Assembly: GCA_964370865.1 (NCBI GenBank)
Contig: CAYJKF010000006.1
Coordinates: forward strand, 1-47,452
DNA from: an uncultured Candidatus Saccharibacteria bacterium
GTDB lineage: Bacteria; Patescibacteriota; WWE3; 2-01-FULL-39-13
Length of the DNA stretch: 47,452 nt
Reading direction: 5' to 3'
The notes below the pieces were generated by a model. It saw nothing but the letters and a program-made list of their open reading frames with translations. It was not told the DNA's origin and ran no database searches. Made by a program: the position numbers and the translations under genes. Below, one piece after another: positions 33,321-41,205 of this stretch; within the stretch, counting starts at the first letter, position 1, and the number at the start of each line of letters is the position of its first letter.

Positions 33321-34466
33321 ATGGATAAGTCCAGAAAGGTAACAATTTTAATATCTACTATAGTCATGGCGATTTGGTTGGTTTCAGCTCTTGTTTTTCT
33401 ATTGTCAGGCAAAACCGAGGAATCGAATCAAACCGTTCCATCGAGGAATGACATAAGGGTCAATAAGTTGCCAACTCCATCCGTAGAACCTACTACGATT
33501 CTCGAGGAGGTTGTGATAACTGTTCCGACACGAAAAGTTTTATCAAACAATTATCATGTTTTTCAAACTTTTAATAATTGCGGGCCAGCTTCCTTATCGA
33601 TGGCTTTATCTTACTATGGTATAAATGTAAGCCAGAAGACGCTTGGGGATTCAATTAGGCCGTATCAAAACCCTGCAGGAGATAATGATGATAAATCAGT
33701 TACATTATATGAATTAGCCGAAAAGTCTAAAGAATATAATCTAATTCCATATTACAGACCGAATGGAACCGTCGAGATAATAGAACAGTTCATTGCTATT
33801 GATATTCCTGTAGTTACTCGCACTTGGCTAAAACCAAATGATGACATAGGTCACTATCGTGTTGTTAAGGGATACAACCAGAATACCGATACATTAATAC
33901 AGGATGATTCTCTTCAAGGGAAAAATTTAGAATATTCATATGGCGACTTCAATGAGGTGTGGGATAAGTTTAACTATGAGTTTTTAGTTTTAGTTCCAAA
34001 TGAAAAAGAAACTGAAGCTAAAAAAATATTAGGAAATCTGATTGATGAGAAAAACGCCTGGGAAGAAACTGTCAAAACTGCAAATGAATATTTAAATAGA
34101 TATCCAAATGATATTAATATGAGATTTAATTTATCAGTTGCATATTATAATGCCGGTAATATCGATCAATCCATAAGTGAGTTTGAAAAAATCGAGAATA
34201 AGTTACCTCAGAGAACGCTTTGGTATCAGATTGAGCCAATTTTGGCTTACTATAAGGTGGGTGATTATAGAAGTGTAATTAGACTTTCTGATAGAGTTTT
34301 GAATAATGAGAACATGGCTTTTTCTGAACTTCACTATTTAAAGTCATTGGCTTATTCAAAAATGGGAGAAGATACATTATCACGTGAATCAAATTCTAAA
34401 GTTGAGATCTATAACAGAAATTTTGACCGCGATACATTCGTACAAATTTATAAAATTTCCAAATAA
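33321..34466 (+). CDS. N-terminally anchored peptidase C39-like domain protein with C-terminal TPR repeats
   Basis: FQTFNNCGPASLSMALSYYG (Cys), DIGHYRVVKGY (His), then TPR-like repeats (AYYNAGNIDQSISEFEKI...). Confidence 0.75.
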   Translation: MDKSRKVTILISTIVMAIWLVSALVFLLSGKTEESNQTVPSRNDIRVNKLPTPSVEPTTILEEVVITVPTRKVLSNNYHVFQTFNNCGPASLSMALSYYGINVSQKTLGDSIRPYQNPAGDNDDKSVTLYELAEKSKEYNLIPYYRPNGTVEIIEQFIAIDIPVVTRTWLKPNDDIGHYRVVKGYNQNTDTLIQDDSLQGKNLEYSYGDFNEVWDKFNYEFLVLVPNEKETEAKKILGNLIDEKNAWEETVKTANEYLNRYPNDINMRFNLSVAYYNAGNIDQSISEFEKIENKLPQRTLWYQIEPILAYYKVGDYRSVIRLSDRVLNNENMAFSELHYLKSLAYSKMGEDTLSRESNSKVEIYNRNFDRDTFVQIYKISK

Positions 34467-34469
34467 TAT

Positions 34470-35444
34470 ATGAAAAACTTTTGGCAGGATATTAAAAAAA
34501 TAGGTGAACCATTTCTTGCTTTAGCTCCAATGGAGGGTGTAACTGATTTTGTTTTTAGAGATATAATAAGTGATTTGGCTAAGCCAGATGTACTTTTTAC
34601 CGAGTTCACTAGTGCCGAGTCACTAGATTCACTTGGTTATGATAAAACAATCCCTCGTTTAAAATTTTCCGAGAAGCAAAGACCCATCGTTGCGCAAATT
34701 TGGGGCGTATCTCCGCGCAGCTTTGAAAAAGCTGCGCGAATAGTACAAGAACTTGGTTTTGACGGTATAGATATTAATATGGGTTGTCCAGATAAAAATG
34801 TATTGAGAAGAGGAGCAGGTGCCAATCTTATTACAAATCCGCCACTCACTACGGAACTTATTTCTGCAATAAGAACAGGTGCACCAAATATGCCTCTTAG
34901 TATTAAAACTAGACTTGGGTTTAACAAAGTCATAACTGAGGAATGGATTACATTTCTTTTAGAACACAAAATAGAAGCACTAACAATACATGGCCGAACT
35001 GCTAAACAACTTTCTAAAGTTGATGCAAACTGGGAAGAAATAAAAAAATCCGTAGAAATAAAAAGCAAAGTTTCACCTTCTACTATAGTAATAGGAAATG
35101 GCGATGTTTTTACATACGCTGATTCAATCCGAAGATACGAAGAATCTGGTGTCGATGGAGTAATGATTGGTCGAGGAATATTTCACGATCCGTTTTTATT
35201 TGAGAAAAATGTAAATGGTTCATCTCATACAACTAAAGAGCACTTAGAGCTCTTATTAACTCATTCAAAATTATTTTATGAATACTGGCAAGACAGTAAA
35301 AATTTTGCCGAAATGAGACGATTTTTTAAAATATATGTTAAATCATTTCGGGGTGCTACAAAGCTAAAGGTCGCGTTAATGGAAACTCAGAACTACGATG
35401 AGGTTGAAAAGCTTATTAAACCAGTACTAAATTCACTGTCGTGA
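34470..35444 (+). CDS. tRNA-dihydrouridine synthase
   Basis: LAPMEGVTDFVFRD, VAQIWG, GIDINMGCP, KTRLG, LTIHGRT, NGDV, DGVMIGRG. Confidence 0.9.
   Translation: MKNFWQDIKKIGEPFLALAPMEGVTDFVFRDIISDLAKPDVLFTEFTSAESLDSLGYDKTIPRLKFSEKQRPIVAQIWGVSPRSFEKAARIVQELGFDGIDINMGCPDKNVLRRGAGANLITNPPLTTELISAIRTGAPNMPLSIKTRLGFNKVITEEWITFLLEHKIEALTIHGRTAKQLSKVDANWEEIKKSVEIKSKVSPSTIVIGNGDVFTYADSIRRYEESGVDGVMIGRGIFHDPFLFEKNVNGSSHTTKEHLELLLTHSKLFYEYWQDSKNFAEMRRFFKIYVKSFRGATKLKVALMETQNYDEVEKLIKPVLNSLS
34714..34738. repeat. perfect 11-bp hairpin (CGCGCAGCTTT-GAA-AAAGCTGCGCG) inside the dus gene
   Basis: Exact reverse-complement arms at 34714-34724 and 34728-34738. Confidence 0.9.
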
Positions 35445-35456
35445 TAAAATTTCATC

Positions 35457-37310
35457 ATGGATATTAAAGTTTACCTAAGCACCAAACTTTCCACAGTGAT
35501 AGCTTCAGTATTTAAACTAAAATATGAGGTTGATGTAACTATTCCGCAACTAATAGAGCATGGAGATTATTCGACTAATATTGCCATGACTCTTTCCAAA
35601 GAACTAAAAAGAAGTCCAATCGATATTGCTACTGAATTGAAACCACACTTAGAACAGATTGATTTTGTCGAGAAAGTTGAAATAGTTAATCCAGGTTTTA
35701 CTAATATTTTTATAAATGAAAAATTTCTTGTAAGCAGTATTTTAAGTAAAGTAGTAAAAGACAACATAATAGAACCACTCGGAAAAGTGATTGTAGAACA
35801 CACCTCAGTGAATCCTAATAAGGCAATGCATGTTGGTCATCTAAGAAACGCAATTCTTGGTGATTCAATCGCAAGACTATTAAGGAGAGTTGGTTATGAA
35901 GTGGAAGTGCAAAATTATATTGATGATACGGGATTGCAGGTGGCAGATACAACAAATGCTGTTTTGAATTTGGGAATACCATACTCAGAGACAAGCCAGG
36001 ATTTTGATGACTATTGTTGGGATATTTATTCTAAAATTAATGTCGAATACGAAAATCCAGATTCGGAATTGTTGGTAAAAAGAAAAATGATTTCCAAAGA
36101 AATAGAAGAAGGGGTAGGTGAAACGTCAGACATTTCCAAGGGTATAGTAGAAAAGCTTGTAAATGCGCATGTTTCTCAACTCTTAGGACTTGGAATACAA
36201 TATGACCTATTGGTATATGAAAGTAGTGTCGTTAGGTCAAATTTATGGGAGATCGTTTTTAAAGAGCTAAAGTCCTCACCTAATTTTATCCTGGAGACTG
36301 AAGGTAAGAATGCTGGATGTTGGGTTCTAAAAAATAATGGTGATGGAGGAGATAAAGTATACGTAAGATCCGATGGTACAAAAGTCTATACTGCAAAAGA
36401 TACTGCTTATCATTTTTGGAAATTTGGTTTAGTCGATTTTGATTTCCAATATAAAAAGTTTCAATCCACCGATATTAAATATGATTTATGGAAAACGTCC
36501 ACCGAAGTTAGAGATGCTCCTAATATTAAATTTGGCGGTGCGGATAAAACTGTAAACATAATAGACGAAAGACAATCTTATCCTCAAGAAATGGTAAAGA
36601 AGTCTCTTGAACTATTAGGACATAAGAAACAAGCGGAGAATTTTATACACGTAGCCTATGCGGTTGTAACTTTATCGCAGTCCACGGCGAAAAGTTTAGG
36701 AGTAGATGTTTCGGATGATTCTCAAAATTATGCGATGTCTGGGAGAAAAGGAATTGGGGTTAAAGCAAAAGATTTAGTTAAGTTAGTACAAAACAATATA
36801 GCAACAGAAAAAATGGAAGGTAAACCTCAGGATGCAGAAACTTTAAATAAAATTGCAACGGCAGCGATTCGTTTATATATGCTAAAGAATCATTCAGAAA
36901 CGCCAGTTGTTTTTGATTATGAGAATGCACTCAGTATCGAAGGATTTACTGGCCCATATCTTCAATACTCGTATGCTCGTGCAAAAAGTATTTTGAGAAA
37001 AGGTAAATTAGGAACCGTAGGTATAACGGAGTACTCACATAAACTTGATGCCAATGAAATAGAATTAATTAAAACAATTGGGAATTGGCCAACGGTATTA
37101 AATGGAACAGCAGAGTCATTAAATATTTCTTTTATCGCAGAATATGCGTTTAAGCTTGCTGGAGCATTTAATTCTTTTTACCATTCATCGCCCGTATTAA
37201 GTGAATCTGAGGATGTTAAAAATTTTAGATTAAGCTTGGTTAATATTTTTTCTAACGTACTAGCTGATGCACTTGAAATTCTTGGAATAGAAACACTTGA
37301 GGAGATGTAA
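35457..37310 (+). CDS. argS: arginine--tRNA ligase
   Basis: EHTSVNPNKAMHVGHLRN (HIGH region), MSGRKG (KMSKS-equivalent), and a C-terminal DALR-type anticodon-binding region. Confidence 0.93.
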   Translation: MDIKVYLSTKLSTVIASVFKLKYEVDVTIPQLIEHGDYSTNIAMTLSKELKRSPIDIATELKPHLEQIDFVEKVEIVNPGFTNIFINEKFLVSSILSKVVKDNIIEPLGKVIVEHTSVNPNKAMHVGHLRNAILGDSIARLLRRVGYEVEVQNYIDDTGLQVADTTNAVLNLGIPYSETSQDFDDYCWDIYSKINVEYENPDSELLVKRKMISKEIEEGVGETSDISKGIVEKLVNAHVSQLLGLGIQYDLLVYESSVVRSNLWEIVFKELKSSPNFILETEGKNAGCWVLKNNGDGGDKVYVRSDGTKVYTAKDTAYHFWKFGLVDFDFQYKKFQSTDIKYDLWKTSTEVRDAPNIKFGGADKTVNIIDERQSYPQEMVKKSLELLGHKKQAENFIHVAYAVVTLSQSTAKSLGVDVSDDSQNYAMSGRKGIGVKAKDLVKLVQNNIATEKMEGKPQDAETLNKIATAAIRLYMLKNHSETPVVFDYENALSIEGFTGPYLQYSYARAKSILRKGKLGTVGITEYSHKLDANEIELIKTIGNWPTVLNGTAESLNISFIAEYAFKLAGAFNSFYHSSPVLSESEDVKNFRLSLVNIFSNVLADALEILGIETLEEM

Positions 37311-37312
37311 CT

Positions 37313-38053
37313 ATGTTTCAACAGACAGCAACAAAATACCAAAAACTCAGCAGATCAAAAATAGACTTATTTGTTCAATGCGAATTATGTTTCTATTTAG
37401 ATAGAGTTAAGGGAATTCCCAGACCGTCCGGGCTTCCATTTACATTAAATAGTGCGGTAGATACAGTGCTCAAGACTGAGTTCGATGTTTATAGGGAAAA
37501 AGGGGCAAGGCATCCCCTAATGGAAAAATATGCGGTGGATGCCGTGCCCGCAAAACATCCTAAATTAGATATCTGGAGACAGAACTTCAAGGGAATTAGG
37601 TATGACCACGATGATTCTCAATTAACAATTACTGGAGCAATTGACGATCTTTGGTTGAATTTCAATAATGAATATATTATTGTTGATTACAAATCTACAA
37701 GTAAGGCTGAACAGATTACACGGCTAGATAAAGAGTGGCATGCGGGATATAAAAGACAGATGGAAATTTATCAGTGGTTATTTGCCAAAAGTGGTTTCAA
37801 GGTTTCTTCAACTGGCTATTTTGTTTACTGTAACGCTATTACATCTGATAAAACTTTTGATAACAAACTTGATTTCGAAGTCACACTTATTCCATACACT
37901 GGTGATTACTCTTGGGTTGATTCAAAGCTACTTGAAATTCGCGAATGTTTGAATAGCGACAATTACCCGAATCCGAATACAGACTGTGATGTTTGTAAAT
38001 ACTATGATGCTAGATATAAAGATTCGCCAAATCAACTTAATATGAATCTTTGA
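37313..38053 (+). CDS. PD-(D/E)XK nuclease, RecB/Cas4-like, with CxxC...CxxC
   Basis: GAIDDLW...IIVDYKS (D...DxK), QMEIYQW (QxxxY), N-terminal CELC and C-terminal CDVC. Confidence 0.7.
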   Translation: MFQQTATKYQKLSRSKIDLFVQCELCFYLDRVKGIPRPSGLPFTLNSAVDTVLKTEFDVYREKGARHPLMEKYAVDAVPAKHPKLDIWRQNFKGIRYDHDDSQLTITGAIDDLWLNFNNEYIIVDYKSTSKAEQITRLDKEWHAGYKRQMEIYQWLFAKSGFKVSSTGYFVYCNAITSDKTFDNKLDFEVTLIPYTGDYSWVDSKLLEIRECLNSDNYPNPNTDCDVCKYYDARYKDSPNQLNMNL

Positions 38054-38601
38054 AAAATAAATCGGTTATAATTTTTATCAGGATCGCGTCCTCTTAATTC
38101 AATTTCATTAATAGTAGTATCGAAATTAATTTTACTTCCAATTTTATATATCAAGTCCTGATTTATTCTTGCTAGCCTAATCGAGTCATTATCTCTTGTC
38201 CTTGCGATTGTAATATGAGGGACGAAATCATTTTCGGGAAAATTATATTCAGATAATAGATTCACAAGTTTTTTATTTAACTCCATGAGAGTCGGTGTTT
38301 GTTCTAATTTTAAATAAATTACTTTTGGATCTTTCGGAACGAAAAAATCAATTCCTGAAAATTTGACCTCCGGCTTGTTTAGATATTTTAAGTTTGAATT
38401 CATAGTTTGCGAAATTTCTGTTAGGTGAGTATCAGATTGTGTTCCTAGATAGAATAAAGTTACGTGTGCCCAGTCTGGATCATCTAGCTCAGCACCTGGA
38501 ATAATATGCTTTATTTCAGCCTGTATTTCCAAGTAATCATCTCTAAATGATTGTGGAAGCCTAATGCCTATATAGCATTTTTCCATATGAATATGTATCA
38601 T
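38032..38601 (-). CDS. thpR: 2H phosphoesterase (LigT/ThpR-like RNA 2',3'-cyclic phosphodiesterase)
   Basis: Two HxT/S motifs: WAHVTLFYLG and VPHITIARTR. Overlaps the nuclease gene 3' end by 22 nt. An alternative start is M6 at 38586. Confidence 0.75.
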   Translation of the reverse strand: MIHIHMEKCYIGIRLPQSFRDDYLEIQAEIKHIIPGAELDDPDWAHVTLFYLGTQSDTHLTEISQTMNSNLKYLNKPEVKFSGIDFFVPKDPKVIYLKLEQTPTLMELNKKLVNLLSEYNFPENDFVPHITIARTRDNDSIRLARINQDLIYKIGSKINFDTTINEIELRGRDPDKNYNRFIFQRFILS

Positions 38602-38618
38602 TAACTTGATTTTATAGT

Positions 38619-39704
38619 ATGAACCATACTAAAGGTAGATTTATATTAACGTGTATTTTAATAGTGGGATTATGTTTTTTGATTCGAGCTTGTTTTCCAA
38701 AACCTGCTAATTATCTTTTTCCTCCAACGATTAATTTATCAACTGGTAGTAATACAAGTCACGCGGATTATGTATCACCGATCAAAACAGCTTTTACTCC
38801 AAACGATATTTTCGACAAAAACTTAGATTACGATTCTACGACTGATACCTTATTAATAGTCACGGGTGATGTAATGTTAGGTAGAACAGTAAACACCAAA
38901 ACTATTGATTCTGGTTCTTTCAATTGGCCTTATCAAAATATTTCTAATTTTTTCCCAGCTGAGGCAATAACATTTATTAACTTAGAAAATCCCTTAACTA
39001 AAGAATGTCCTCAAACAGATATAGGAATGTTATTTTGTGGTGATCAAAGACATGCTGAATATCTACAAAAAAATAATATAGATGTCGTTAGTCTGGCTAA
39101 TAACCACATTTTAAATCATGGAATAAGTGGATTAACTGAAACTACTGAGGTGCTTGGTGAAAATGGAATTCAATACACAGGAGTGGCAAATCCCACAAGG
39201 ATTGAGGATAAGGGTAATAAGTTGCTTTTAGTGGGTTTTGACCATCTAGAATGTAACCAAAATTATATTGAGTGTATGACAGATGAGAATGTTGTGGCGG
39301 ATATTAAAAGAGCAAAGTCTCAAGAAGATTCTTATATAGTAGTAATGTTTCACTGGGGTAATGAATATACATATACCCCAACATCAGGTCAAAGACACTT
39401 TGCGCAGTTAGCAATAGATAATGGAGCAGATTTAGTTTTAGGAAATCATCCACATTGGTATCAGCAATTAGAAATGTATAAGGGTAAATTAATAATGTAT
39501 TCGCACGGGAATTTTATTTTTGACCAAATGTGGTCCGAAGGAACTAAAGAGGGATTAGTTGGCAAATATGTTATTAGTGAAGGTGAATTAAAAGATGTTG
39601 AATTTATTCCTATATATATTGAAAATTTTGGACAGCCCAAACTAGCGGATGAAGACCGAAGCAATAAAATCCTAAATAATCTATATAATATAAGTAAGTT
39701 TTAG
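38619..39704 (+). CDS. CapA-family (PGA_cap) metallophosphatase-like protein, N-terminally anchored
   Basis: VTGDVMLGR, NLENP, SLANNH, MFHWGNEY, LGNHPH, YSHGNF. Confidence 0.8.
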   Translation: MNHTKGRFILTCILIVGLCFLIRACFPKPANYLFPPTINLSTGSNTSHADYVSPIKTAFTPNDIFDKNLDYDSTTDTLLIVTGDVMLGRTVNTKTIDSGSFNWPYQNISNFFPAEAITFINLENPLTKECPQTDIGMLFCGDQRHAEYLQKNNIDVVSLANNHILNHGISGLTETTEVLGENGIQYTGVANPTRIEDKGNKLLLVGFDHLECNQNYIECMTDENVVADIKRAKSQEDSYIVVMFHWGNEYTYTPTSGQRHFAQLAIDNGADLVLGNHPHWYQQLEMYKGKLIMYSHGNFIFDQMWSEGTKEGLVGKYVISEGELKDVEFIPIYIENFGQPKLADEDRSNKILNNLYNISKF

Positions 39705-39719
39705 TTTTAATTACTAGAT

Positions 39720-40298
39720 ATGGTAGACAGAAACGCGATTTTTATTGCAGTATTAACTATTCTATTCATTTCATTTGGAGCGTACTACGGGTCGTTCTTA
39801 AAAAGAACCTATGAAGATCCAGTCCCTGAAGTGGAAATAAAAAACGTCTCCAGTGATGGAAAATCTCAAATCGAACCACTATCTAAAATAGAGCAGGACA
39901 TTTTAAATGAATTACAGAAATATTCAGACTTAAGTTGGTTCACCGATTTTTATCTTGCGTATGCTCGGGTAAGCGATATACCAGAATCGAATAAAATATC
40001 CATTTTCGCTCCGGTTAATGAATCTTTTCCGAGGGATGGTGCGGATGTAGACCCCGAGGAATTTATACCACTGCATATAAGCGTTGAAGGATTTAATTTA
40101 ATTGGACCTATTACCCCAAATCAAGTCACTGTACTATCGAATGATACATTTCCAATAACCAAGAAGGGGTCAAGTTACACTATAGGTATTTCATCCATTA
40201 CGAGTTTGCCAAATGAAGACAGTACTATTTCAATTTATGAAATTAGTGGGGCACTTCATTCTCAGCAAATTGAGACTAGTAATTTCACAGACAATTAA
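39720..40298 (+). CDS. hypothetical N-terminally anchored protein, weakly fasciclin (FAS1)-like
   Basis: TM helix. ISIFAPVNESF resembles the FAS1 TxFAPxNxAF motif. By eye only. Confidence 0.5.
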   Translation: MVDRNAIFIAVLTILFISFGAYYGSFLKRTYEDPVPEVEIKNVSSDGKSQIEPLSKIEQDILNELQKYSDLSWFTDFYLAYARVSDIPESNKISIFAPVNESFPRDGADVDPEEFIPLHISVEGFNLIGPITPNQVTVLSNDTFPITKKGSSYTIGISSITSLPNEDSTISIYEISGALHSQQIETSNFTDN

Positions 40299-40303
40299 TT
40301 ACA

Positions 40304-41152
40304 ATGCCCTTTATGATAAAACATAATAAAAATTTAAGGGGAGTGTCAACGCCAGTAGCAATAATTATCGCAGGTATTTTAGTTTCCGCAGCAGTACTAT
40401 ATTCAAACAACCAATTACCATTTTTAACTAATAAAAATGCAAACTCTGCAAATGGGGATGTTAAGGATACCGGAGGGGACTCTGAATTTGATGGTCCTTA
40501 TGGAAAATATGCATCTCTAGCGAAAAGTGTTGGTTTAGATGGGGATAAATTAAATGAATGCGTTGCGAAGATGGATGATGCAGAAATAAAAAATGATGCA
40601 AACGAAGCTCAAGCATTAGGAGCTGGTGGAACCCCGGCCTTCTTTATAGGAAGAGAAAGTGGCGATGGAACAGTAAAAGCAGTTAGTATTTTTGGAGCAT
40701 ACCCAATGGAATCATTCGAAGCGGTAATCGAAGCATTCAAAGCAGATGACGAGGCAAAAGTCCTTGTTGCCGTGAATGAGGTCGCAAAATTAGGTCAACA
40801 GCCAGAAATAACAGATCTATCAACTGCATATTCTAATGTCACCTTGGGAGACGATGCGGTAAAGGGTAATAAAGATGCAAAAATCGTAATGATTGAATTT
40901 AGTGATTATGAATGTCCTTTCTGTCAAAGACATTTTCAAGAAGTCTACCCAGCCTTATCAGCAAAATACATAGACACAGGCGAAGTTAAGATGGTATTCA
41001 AAGACTTACCATTAAGCTTTCATGACCCAATAGCTACACAAGCTGCAGTCGCCGCTAACTGTGCCAGAGAACAAGGTGGAGACGAAGGATATTATAAGTT
41101 CCACGATGCTTATTTCACTAGCACACAGGCTAACGGAAAAGGCTTACTCTAG
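40304..41152 (+). CDS. membrane-anchored DsbA-like thiol:disulfide oxidoreductase with the order of its two halves swapped
   Basis: Residues ~66-146 look like the C-terminal half of a DsbA/Thioredoxin_4 domain (LAKSVGLDGDKLNECV...GAGGTPAFFIG). Residues ~176-282 look like the N-terminal half (AKIVMIEFSDYECPFCQRH...KFHDAYF). Confidence 0.75.
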   Translation: MPFMIKHNKNLRGVSTPVAIIIAGILVSAAVLYSNNQLPFLTNKNANSANGDVKDTGGDSEFDGPYGKYASLAKSVGLDGDKLNECVAKMDDAEIKNDANEAQALGAGGTPAFFIGRESGDGTVKAVSIFGAYPMESFEAVIEAFKADDEAKVLVAVNEVAKLGQQPEITDLSTAYSNVTLGDDAVKGNKDAKIVMIEFSDYECPFCQRHFQEVYPALSAKYIDTGEVKMVFKDLPLSFHDPIATQAAVAANCAREQGGDEGYYKFHDAYFTSTQANGKGLL

Positions 41153-41205
41153 ATAAATATTCGATAGAGAGATAAGACTTTATATAAGCTATACTCTAGT
41201 TATAT

